This document shows positions 1-10,173 of a stretch of DNA of 64,000 nucleotides, piece after piece. A model generated the notes under the pieces. That model saw only the letters and a list, made by a program, of their open reading frames with translations, was not told where the DNA came from and did no database searches. The stretch's first letter is position 1. Every line of letters begins with the position of its first letter. The stretch comes from Eledone cirrhosa (lineage: Eukaryota), in contig OZ024749.1 in NCBI GenBank assembly GCA_964016885.1, positions 17,298,001-17,362,000 on the forward strand, given 5' to 3'. Made by a program: the position numbers and the translations under genes.

Positions 1-253
1 TGCCACGGCAAAAAAGCACCCAGCCCACACTGTAAAGTGGACGTGTAGGCGCCACGAAAAAGCACCCAGCACTCACTGTAAATGAGGTTGGTGTTAGGAA
101 GGGCATCCAGCTGTAGAAATCAAGCCAAATCAGTTCCTGTATGAGGAAGGCATGGTCAGCCTACCAGACACTGCTCACAACAGGACAACCCGTCTAACCC
201 ATGGTAGCGTGGAAGAACGGACGTAAAACGGTGATGATGATGATGATGATGAT
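1..253 (+). mobile_element. 3' UTR/tail of RTE LINE (or RTE-tailed SINE), cut by window edge
   Basis: Near-identical to the RTE 3' UTR at ~26574-26818; ends in GGACGTAAAACGGT(GAT)n tail. Confidence 0.85.
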
Positions 254-549
254 ACAGCTAATATCTCAATACCTTACTAGTTTAAAATCCTTTCTCAAAG
301 GCTTATATATTTTTTACAAATATACCCATCTTTCTACCTTATTTCAGTATTATATATTATATAATACAATTTACCCATTCTATATCATTCCTCTTTATCA
401 TTTTCCTTTCTTCCTTTTCTCTTTTTAATTTCTAACCTCTAATCTGTACTTTTTCTTCCCAACTACTTCTCAATTCATATTATTACTCACCACAACATTA
501 TCCATTCTTCCATCTTTCCTCATATCATTGGCCATAAAAACTTATTTTT

Positions 550-901
550 TTAATACATTATAATATTACCATTAGAAGTCCTTCGTAAACATATATACTT
601 TTGAGGTTAGAGTTTTTTCTTCCTTGAATTTTTTCTTATCTCTTCTATCATTTCATGCTCGTTTTAAACCTAATTTGACTCTTACATATTACAATACATA
701 AAAACAAACTTAAACCCTAACTAATTTCTTTTAATATATTATATTATTACCATTAGAAAATAGTTTGTAAACATATATACTTCTTGATGTTAGATATTTT
801 CTTCCTTAAACATTCTTTTTTCTTCTTTCCTTCCACGCTCATTTTAAACATACTATTTACGTACACATATTATATTACATAAAAACAAACTTAAACCCTA
901 A
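550..901. repeat. Diverged ~180 bp tandem duplication
   Basis: 550-720 and 731-901 share TATTACCATTAGAA...AAACATATATACTT...CATAAAAACAAACTTAAACCCTAA. Confidence 0.75.
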
Positions 902-921
902 TTCCTCTAAATTCATTGTGA

Positions 922-2046
922 TATTGTGATATCTGTGGTAAATCATCCTCTGATGGTAGTACGTTAACTAAACACAAACGTATACACACAGGAGAGAGGC
1001 CACATCACTGTGATATCTGTGGTAAATCATTCTCTGAAAGTAGTACCTTAATTACACACAAACGTACACATACAGGAGACAAGCCATATCACTGTGATAT
1101 CTGTGGTAAATCATTCTCTGATAGTAGTTCCTTAACTAGAAACAAACGTACCCATACAGGTGACAAGCCATATCACTGTGATATCTGTGGTAAATCATTC
1201 TCTCAAAGTGGTCACTTAGCTTCCCCCAAACGTACACATACAGGAGAGAAATCATATCACTGCGATGTCTGTGGTAAATCATTCTCTCAAAGTGGTCACT
1301 TAGCTTCCCACAAACGTATACATACAGGAGACAAGCCATACCACTGTGATATCTGTGGTAAATCATTTTCTCGTAGCAGTACGTTAAGAAACCACAAACG
1401 TATACATACAGGAGACATGCCATACCACTGTGATATCTGTGGTAAATCATTCACTCTAAGTAGTCAATTAACTAAACACAAACGTATGCATACAGGAGAC
1501 AAGCCATATCACTGTGAGATCTGTGGCAAATCATTCTCTATAAATAGTACCTTAACTAGCCACAAACGTATACATACAGAAGACAAGCCATATCACTGTG
1601 ATATATGTGGTAAAACATTCTCTGTAAGTACTAACTTAACTTCACACAAACATACACATACAGGAGACAAGCCATACCACTGCGATATCTATGGTAAATC
1701 ATTCTTTGAAAGTAGTCATTTATCTAAACACAGATGTATACATAGGTGTAAGAAACCATATCACAGATGTATACATAGGTGTAAGAAACCATATCACTGA
1801 TATCTGTAGTTTCAAGTAGTTTAACTACACACAAATATACCCATACAGGTGAGAAGCCATAACAAATTCATATCTCATTATCTCAAAATGGTGAATTAAT
1901 TAAACACAAATACATTCATATGAGTGAGAAGACATACCACTGTGATATTGGGGAGAAATTATTCTCTTTCATTGCAACATTAACTACATAGAAACATATA
2001 TATATACTGGAGAAAAACCATATCACTGTGATATTTGTGGTAAATT
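922..2046 (+). pseudogene. C2H2 zinc-finger array, likely pseudogene or 5'-truncated exon
   Basis: Frame is open 922-1800 with ~10 HCDICGKSF...H...HTG(D/E)KP units, but there is no ATG until 1417. Several fingers lack a Zn ligand (RNKRTH, SPKRTH, CDIYGK). A 33-bp duplication lies at ~1729-1794, followed by frameshifted finger remnants to ~2046. Confidence 0.85.
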
Positions 2047-2167
2047 ATCATCTGCGTATTCATCAAAATAATTTGAAATATGTATTTTTCCTTTCACTAT
2101 CCCGGAAAAGACTTGAATCGTTAAGGTATCATTCCTGGGGATGTCACTATTTATAAAACAACATTTG

Positions 2168-2228
2168 TATTTTATCTGATGAGAACGTACCAAAATTTTG
2201 GAATCCTTGAAATATATATAATAGAATA
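2168..2228 (+). ncRNA. Type-I hammerhead ribozyme motif (helix II partly decayed)
   Basis: TATTTTAT-CTGATGA-[..CCAAAATTTTGG..]-GAAA-TATATA-TA-ATAGAATA: 8-bp helix I, palindromic helix III, AUA triplet. Confidence 0.65.
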
Positions 2229-2327
2229 AATATGGTTTTATAAATATAGTTTCCATTTATTAATATCATTAATATATATATATATATGTATAGCTTTGCA
2301 AGAGATGTCAACATGAATGGACCTGTT

Positions 2328-2525
2328 ATTTTTATCTAAAGACATTTTTTCCAATTCCACCCCGCTCGTCCCCTCAATCTATTTTATTTCTCATTCTTTC
2401 TTCTGATGAAGGACTAGCGTCCAAAACATTAACACACTCTTCCTGCTATATAAATCGTTAACCTAATATATACCTTCCATATACAGTACCGATTGTGTTG
2501 TTATTTCTGTTTACCTTTTATATAT
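2328..2525 (+). mobile_element. ~195 bp repeat carrying a mutated hammerhead core (Penelope-like terminal repeat candidate), copy 1
   Basis: Homologous to 6742-6935. Contains TCTT-CTGATGA-A-GGAC-TAGC-GTCC-AAAAC, with AAAA in place of GAAA (consistent with CpG decay). Confidence 0.6.
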
Positions 2526-2767
2526 ATGTATATATACTATATATATATTGGTATGTTTTTCATTATGCATTTCCGCTTCCTCAATGCTACGCTCTATCAT
2601 GCACTCTATATTGAGTACTACATTCTTGTCAATATCAAAGCTGCCAGCTACATTTGTAAGCTGCAAAGTGGAAGTTTTAATCTCGATTAGGCGTAGATTA
2701 TATACATTCATCATCATCATCATCATTTCATTTTACGTCCACTTGCAAGGGTGGGACTAATTATTTA

Positions 2768-2853
2768 TTATATACACACACACACATATATATATATATA
2801 CACACACATATATATATATATATACACACACACACATATATATACACACACAC

Positions 2854-2884
<31 letters not shown>

Positions 2885-3082
2885 AATATACACACACATA
2901 TATATATATACACACACACATTTATATATACACACATATATATATACACACACACACATATATATACACAGATATACACACACACACATATATACACACA
3001 CACAGACACACATATACACACATACATACACACATATATACGCACAGACACACAGACACACACACACATATATACACACATA
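2768..3082. repeat. Compound (TA)n/(CA)n microsatellite
   Basis: Directly visible dinucleotide runs; explains the overlapping low-complexity ORFs. Confidence 0.95.
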
Positions 3083-3448
3083 CTATTAACCTCGTGCAAC
3101 AGACTCTTCATAGGGACTTAATCTGATTGGATTTGACCAGCTTTTAACATGATCTGTGCATTCTTCAGCATCTGGTGGATGTGGTATTTCAGGATGACGG
3201 TGTTGTGATCATGATCTAGGAACTGGTTTATGAAGGAATGGTAGACACAGGCATATATAGAGAAACAAATCGCTATGTTATATACACAAGATGTGGAGGT
3301 GGGCGGTAATTAAATTTCGACCAGCTAATCCCATATTCCTGGTTTGTGTCCTTAAGCTGCCAGATTTTATTGGCCAGTGTTGTTGAGTTCTCTAGTCTAC
3401 GGTTCTTCATAGAGTGGCTGTGAACATACCATCTTTTTTTTTATCTTT

Positions 3449-3519
<71 letters not shown>

Positions 3520-3649
3520 TATATATTTTATCTTGTGATTCTATAGACATGTTTTATGATATATAGCTCTGATTATTTAATTTATTAATTTTTCATAGAA
3601 CCACAAAGTGACCAGTTGCAAAACACGTATATGTATATATATATGTAAA

Positions 3650-3702
<53 letters not shown>

Positions 3703-3733
3703 GGATTTAAATGGATACAGTTTAGTTAAAAGG

Positions 3734-3859
3734 AATTTATTGACACGTGTTTCTATAACAGTTACATAACCTGAAAATAGCTGCTATCTACAAAGTATTA
3801 GTTATGCAGACATTCAATATTTCAATGTTATTATCAACTGTCATTTCATCAGAATAATT
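3734..3859 (-). ncRNA. Type-I hammerhead ribozyme with long helix II insert
   Basis: Minus strand: AATTATT-CTGATGA-A-ATGACAGTT...AACTGTTAT-A-GAAAC-ACGT-GTC-AATAAATT. GUC triplet, palindromic ACACGTGT helix III, 9-bp helix II. Confidence 0.8.
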
Positions 3860-4118
3860 TTACTGAGGACCTGTTTGGTTTTTATAGAGAATATTAGGAG
3901 GGAGGGGTGAAGTTGTTAGAAGAATACTTGAGGGAGTGGTTTTTTGATAGCAGTAAGAATTTTTGGTGGCAGTGAGTAATTAGATTCCCATCTGTTGTTT
4001 TGACATTTTTATAGAATATATTATTGGTTATTTTTCTAAATCTATAGAAGGATTAGAGATAGTATAGATATGCATGGTTGGTTTTGTAATATTTATATTA
4101 CAACACTACGGAAAATAC

Positions 4119-4311
<193 letters not shown>

Positions 4312-4312
4312 T

Positions 4313-4646
4313 AGAAGCACATGGCTTAGTGATTAGAGCACTGTCTTTGCAATCGAAAGGTTATGAGTTCAATTCTCAGACCAGGTGATGTGTTGTTTCC
4401 TTGAGCAAGACACTTTATTTCACATTGCTCCAGTTTACTCAGCTGTAGAAATGAGATGATAGGACTGGGGTCCCTATCATTCCACTGCAAAGTGGTCGTG
4501 GAGGTGCAACGGCAAAAAAGCACCAAGCACTCACTGTAAGGTTGGTGTTAGGAAGGGCATCCAGCTGTATAAATCAAGCCAGAATCAGTTCCCGTCCCAC
4601 CCTTGCAAGCAGAGAAAAGCGGACATAAAATGATGATCATGATGAT
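4313..4646 (+). mobile_element. tRNA-derived SINE family A (RTE-type 3' tail), full length
   Basis: A-box TGGCTTAGTGA, B-box GAGTTCAATTC, central TCCTTGAGCAAGACACTT block, tail CCCACCCTTGCAAGCAG..GGACATAAAA(TGA)n. Confidence 0.85.
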
Positions 4647-4939
4647 AGTTCTGGTGATAAACACAGTGAAGGAGGCAGTCTGGGTCAAGTCTGGCCATAG
4701 TTGGCCCCATTGCGCTTTGCTCTGGTGAGGACTGTTGGGTATTTTACAGCTGGAGGCCCTTTGTAACACCAACCACACAAAGCAGGGATATAAATAAAGG
4801 GAGAATTTACCTTGATGATGAGCGAAAGTATAGGGTCAGAGAAACCTGACAGTTTGTGACCCCTAAACAGGACATCAAGTAATACATGGTTCCATGATTG
4901 AGAAAGGATCTGGCGTTCTAGAGAGAGAGGAAGAGAAGC

Positions 4940-5566
4940 TTTACATTACTCTATATATACAATTGTATTTTCACAGTAAAGACTTTACCTCACATAATAT
5001 CTCACATAACATTTACATTACTCTATATATACTATTGTATTTTCACAGTAAAGACTTTACCTCACATAATATCTCACATAACATTTACATTACTCTATAT
5101 ATACAATTGTATTTTCACAGTAAAGACTTTACCTCACATAATATCTCACATAACATTTACATTACTCTATATATACTATTGTATTTTCACAGTAAAGACT
5201 TTACCTCACATAATATCTCACATAACATTTACATTACTCTATATATACAATTGTATTTTCACAGTAAAGACTTTACCTCACATAATATCTCACATAACAT
5301 TTACATTAATCCATATATACTATTGTATTTTCACAGTAAAGGCTTTATCTTACATAATATCTCACATAACATTTACTTTACTCTATATATACTGTTGTAT
5401 TCACAGTAAAGGCTTTACCTCACATAATATTGAATCTATGAGATTTTGAATGTATTTATTTTGAGAACAATACCATAACATCAGTTTGAGCGACCAGTTA
5501 CAGCCACTTTCAACACAAAGATGTAGAGAATTCTGGCCGGTTTTGTCCGGTTTGAACATTAAAGGG
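4940..5566 (+). repeat. 72-bp minisatellite (~7 copies) expanded inside a piggyBac-type MITE copy
   Basis: Unit TTACATTACTCTATATATAC(A/T)ATTGTATTTTCACAGTAAAGACTTTACCTCACATAATATCTCACATAACAT. The unit and 5430-5566 align to the MITE at 59240-59460. Confidence 0.85.
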
Positions 5567-5820
5567 TACAAATATCCATGCTTCCTTGAACATGGCTGGG
5601 CTTTTTTCTGTAGTGATAAAACAGTTAAAAAGATGTTGAAGTACTTTGATAATTGGTTCACCTCCAGTTTTGATGTTTTACCGGTGAGAGGATCGTTGGT
5701 GTTGAGGTAGTCCAACATATGAAGGAGACACTCTACTGAGTCTTGTTGTCCAATACAGAGATTCTGTGGAAGAGAGAGGAATCACCAACAAATTCTTGCT
5801 TGATATAAATATATATATAT

Positions 5821-6168
5821 GGAGGCACATGGCTTAGTGTTTAGAGCATTGGCCTTGCAATCGAAAGGTTGTGAGTTCAATTCTCAGACCGGGTGATGTG
5901 TTGTTTCCTTGAGCAAGACACTTTATTTCACATTGCTCCAGTTTACTCAGCTGTAGAAATGAGATGATAGGGACTGGGGTCCCTATCATTCCACTGAAAA
6001 GTGGTCGTGCAGGTGCCACGGCAAAAAAGCACCCAGCACTCACTGTAGATAAGGTTGGTGTTAGGAAGGGCATCCAGCTGTATAAATCAAGCCAGAATTA
6101 GTTCCCGTCCCACCCTTGCAAGCAGGGAAAAGCAGACGTAAAATGATGATGATGATGATGATGATGAT
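5821..6168 (+). mobile_element. SINE family A, full length
   Basis: Starts GGAGGCACATGGCTTAGTG, B-box GAGTTCAATTC, ends GACGTAAAA(TGA)n; very similar to 4313-4646. Confidence 0.9.
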
Positions 6169-6514
6169 ATATACATATATGATGATGATGATGATGATAT
6201 ATATATGTATGTATGTATGTATGTAGCCCACCTGTAACATGTTGGGTAACGTTCACCTCAAAATAATTTTATATAGACATGTATATAATGTGAAACTGGA
6301 AGGCCCATATATATACATGTGTGTGTATATATATATAAATGTCTGTGTGTATATACATATATATATATGTATGTGTGTATATATATATGTGGGTGTCTGT
6401 GATCTATATATACTGGTCAGAGACACACACATTCATATATATATATATACACAACACCAACAGCTCTCTCTTTGTCTCTCTTTCAATCTATTCTGTCACA
6501 ACCACTCTCTCCTC

Positions 6515-6578
<64 letters not shown>

Positions 6579-6741
6579 GAAGGTACCCCAGAAACCCCAT
6601 ATCTCGGGAACACCTGCTCCGATTTTCTCGAAACTTGTTTTATTCCATTTATATTCCCATTTGAGGGTCAACTTCCTTTCAAAGTATTTTCCCATTATGT
6701 GCCCTTTTGGCTGTATTACATTACATTACATTACATAGATA

Positions 6742-6935
6742 TTTTTATCTAAAGACATTTTTTCCAATTCCAACCCGCCCGTCCCCTCAATCTATTTTAT
6801 TTCTCATTCTTTCTTCTGATGAAGGACTAGAGTCCAAAACGTTAAGACCCTCTTCCTGCTATATCAAGTGTTAACCTATACATCCCTTCCATATACTGTA
6901 CCGATTGTGTTGTTATTTCTGTTTAGCTTTTATAT
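6742..6935 (+). mobile_element. ~195 bp hammerhead-core repeat, copy 2
   Basis: TCTT-CTGATGA-A-GGAC-TAGA-GTCC-AAAAC-GTT-AAGA at ~6812-6847: helix I TCTT/AAGA, ACGT palindrome. Homologous to 2328-2525. Confidence 0.62.
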
Positions 6936-7119
6936 ACATACACATATATGTATATACATATATGACTGATAGCAGATGTTCTGGTAAAATAGTAGTTTTA
7001 CTACTACAGATTGTAATGGAACTCTTAGTAGACACAATTGTAAAGTAAGAATAGATATGACAGCGGAAGCTATCATTGCGTACAGTTTATGCCTACTCCT
7101 TTTCTACATATACAGTAGG

Positions 7120-7870
7120 GTCACTTATTCTCTAGTTCTTTTATGGATTCAGCTATAAGGACCAGATCATTCACATAGACTGTTTCCCATGAACAGCCAG
7201 TCTTAATCTCATTAGTTATGGCCTGGAGAACTATGAAGAACAGCAGTGTGTTGTGAACTGAACCATGATGAACAGCTACCTGTACATTGAATTCTTCACT
7301 AAACTCCCTTCCTACTCTCACTTTACTGACAGCTCCTATGTACATGGCTTGCCCTGCTCTCACAAGCCATTCTCCACCTAAATTTCTGAAGGACCACCCG
7401 ATAACAGAGTAAGGTACTCTGCCAAAGGCCTTTTCTAGATCTATAAAAAGCTAAATATTGCAGTTTAATGTTGGCTAGGAACTTCTCTTGTAGTTGTGTC
7501 ACTAACAAGTTTCATCAGTAATTCCAAAGAGAATGTCAGTTATATGTGTGTGTGTGTTGAACAATGAACATAAAACAAAAGTCTAAGATTGCTTCTTAAT
7601 TTATTCTCTACATTCATCAATCTCTCATAGTAACATTTCCAGGCCTCTTTCTTTTGAGCATCAGTGGTGCTAAGTGTACCAGTGTCATTTCTAACACTTT
7701 TCCCTGTCTTGCTGTGTGGAACACTTCACACCTCTGATTCTCACGTCTCAAGACTTTGGTAAACTTTCTTTTTTCAGCCTCTCTCTGTGTTATGTATACC
7801 TGTCTTCTATCTTCTCTCTTAGCTACCTGGTCCTGGTCTGATGCCCCTATTTTTCCAGTCTTTCCGTGCC
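7120..7870 (-). mobile_element. Degraded RTE LINE RT fragments
   Basis: Translations include 'SEEFNVQVAVHHGSVHNTLLFFIVLQAITNEIKTGCSWETVYVNDLVLIAES', 'QLQEKFLA' and 'AEKRKFTKVLRRENQRCEVF'. Confidence 0.85.
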
Positions 7871-7886
7871 TGTCACTTATATTTAA

Positions 7887-8094
7887 CCCTTTATCATTTA
7901 AACTGGCCGTATCCAGCCAGAATTCTCTCACTTCTTTCTGTTCAAACCGGCTGTAACTCTCAGCTCATATTGATGTTAATGTATTGTCCTCAAAATAAGT
8001 AATATCAAAGTCTCATAGATTCAATATTATGTGAGATAAAGACTTTACCATGAAAATATAATAGTAAATATAGAGTAATGTGAATGCTACAGGG
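7887..8094 (-). mobile_element. piggyBac-type MITE
   Basis: TTAA on both sides (7883-7886, 8095-8098); termini CCCTTTATCATTTA...TGAATGCTACAGGG. Reverse-complement homologue of 59240-59460. Confidence 0.85.
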
Positions 8095-8200
8095 TTAATA
8101 GCTTATCTACTGTGCTGTTTCACCACCTGGTCACCCTCTGCCTGGCTGGTACTTTGTTCCAGCCACAAGTTTTATCAATTATTCCAAAGAAATTGTCAAT

Positions 8201-8510
8201 TATATATGTGTGTTTGTGGGTATTGAACATTGAAAATAAAACAAAAATCTGAGATATGATTCATTGTTTACGATTGTTTCAGAGGGTTGATTGATCATGG
8301 TAAATCAATATATTGATTCGGTGTGATTGATTGATCAGGGATTTTGAGACTAGAAATAGTTAGAGACATAACAACTACCTGTTTGTCAATACATCAATCT
8401 ACCATGATCAATCAAACCTCTGAAATGATCGTAAAACAATGAACTAATTAAGAACATATCTTTGTCTCTAGTTTTATTTTCATTGTTCAAAACACACACA
8501 TATATATATA
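8201..8510. repeat. Fold-back inverted repeat centred on a hammerhead-like helix II
   Basis: Arms ~8201-8316 and ~8386-8510. Each arm carries GAAA(C/T)(G/A)ATCGTA reading outward (8422-8433 and reverse complement of 8269-8280). Confidence 0.75.
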
Positions 8511-8687
8511 AATGACTCTGTAACTCTAGAAGAATCTTTGAAGGGACCTTATGTGATGAGATCCTACTACAAAAACTATAACTTTCACCACCCAATCTTG
8601 TTGAAACCATCCCTTCAAGGCTGCAATGAGTTCTAACAATGTTATCAGTCTCTCCCTAAACATTTGAATACTAGTATATATATATAT

Positions 8688-10158
8688 ATCATCATCATCA
8701 TTTTACGTCCGCTTTTCCCTTCTTGCAAGGATAGGATAGGTCCTATTCAGAATCTCTCCACTTGTCCCGGTCCTCCGTCATCTCCTCGGTGAGTTTCAGC
8801 AATTTGAACTCTGCTCTCACCACCACCGCCCATGTTTTTTCGTTGTCTTCCTCTACTGCATCTTCCTTCAACTGGTATTTCTTGGCACTTCTTTACCCAG
8901 CGGTAATCCTCGATGCACATCACATGTCCATAACATCTCCGTCTTCTCTCCTGCACACCACAACTTATCCCTCTTATACCCAGTTTCTTTCTCGACTCGT
9001 CTATGCTTGGTCGTTCACGCACATTGACATTGCACATCCAATGGAGCATGCATGCTTCATTTCTCTCCAAGCATCGTATATCCTTTGCAGTTGCTGCCCA
9101 TGTCTTACTACCATGCAGCATCGCGCATCTCACACAGGCATCATATAACCGTCCTTTTGTATGCAGGGAGAAACCCTTCTTTGTCAACAGAAGAAGCAGC
9201 TCCCTAAACTTCTTCCAACCTGTCCTTATTCTGGATACTATGGCCTTGGAACCCCCTCCCATGCTAATCTGATCACCTAGGTACCGGAAGGTATCAACCA
9301 CTTCTATAGAACCCACCTGCATTGAAAAATGTGTCTATCACTGCGATTACTACTGCCAACTTTCCCTGTACATCTACTGCATACATAGTTTTCCCTACCT
9401 GTTAGTTTGCCTGCTATCCCACTACATCTCTTGTGTACCCAGGATCTGCATTGCGTACATTTTATGGAATTTATGCCAGTTCCTTTCCTACATATCGAAC
9501 ATGGCCATTTCTCTAATGGAATCAGAGTATTGTTCTCTCTTCTACTTATCAACACTTTTGTTTTAGCTATGTTCACTCTCAGGCCTCTTGTTTCCATAGC
9601 CAGAATTTATTCTCTAGCTCCTCTACTGATTCTGCTATAAGAACCAGATCATCAGCATAGAGCAGTTCCCATGGGCATCCAGTCTTAAACTCTCTGTTAT
9701 GGCTTGGAGGACTATAATGAACAAGAGTGGGCTGAGGACCGAACCTTGATGTACACCTACTTGTATCTGGAATTCCTCACTAAATTCCATTCTTATTCTC
9801 ACTTTACTGACAGCACCCCTGTAAATAGGTTGTACTGTCCTCACAAGCTATTCCTCTACACCTAGTTTCCTTAGGGACCTCCAGATGACAGATCGGGGTA
9901 CCCTATCAAAAGCCTACTCTATGTCAACCAAAGCTAAGTATAGTGGTTTATTCTTCTCTAAGAACCTCTCTTGTAGTTGCCTCACTAAGAAGAGGGCATC
10001 TGTTGTACTTTTCAGAGGCACAAAACCAAACTGCATCTCATCTAGTCTGACCCTTTCTCTAATTAGTTGCGTTAATATTCTCTCTGCCACTTTCATAACC
10101 TGATCCTTCAGCTTTATGCCCCTATAATTGCTCCTGTCTAGAGCATCCCCTTTACCTT
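8688..10158 (-). mobile_element. 5'-truncated RTE LINE (RT + C-terminus, frameshifted)
   Basis: QFGF, GVHQGSVLSPLLF, LLYADD, FRYLG and 'RRRRCYGHVM' motifs across several ORFs; (CAT)n tail at 8688-8701. Confidence 0.92.
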
Positions 10159-10173
10159 ATATATATATATATA

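Noticed and set aside
1136-1450. Antisense and alternate-frame ORFs over ZNF, RTE and Helitron coding regions
   Set aside because: Shadow frames of repetitive or real coding sequence on the other strand or frame.
4940-5430. Regular repeats resembling a CRISPR array (also 27110-27460 and 20075-20612)
   Set aside because: Units are contiguous with no unique spacers, there are no cas genes, and the context is eukaryotic; these are minisatellites.
5821-5895. tRNA-like sequence with A and B boxes
   Set aside because: It is the head of a multi-copy SINE and continues into SINE body and tail; no proper cloverleaf or acceptor stem was seen.
9645-9665. CTGATGA strings in RTE copies (also ~25560)
   Set aside because: They encode the YADD catalytic motif of the reverse transcriptase; no ribozyme fold.
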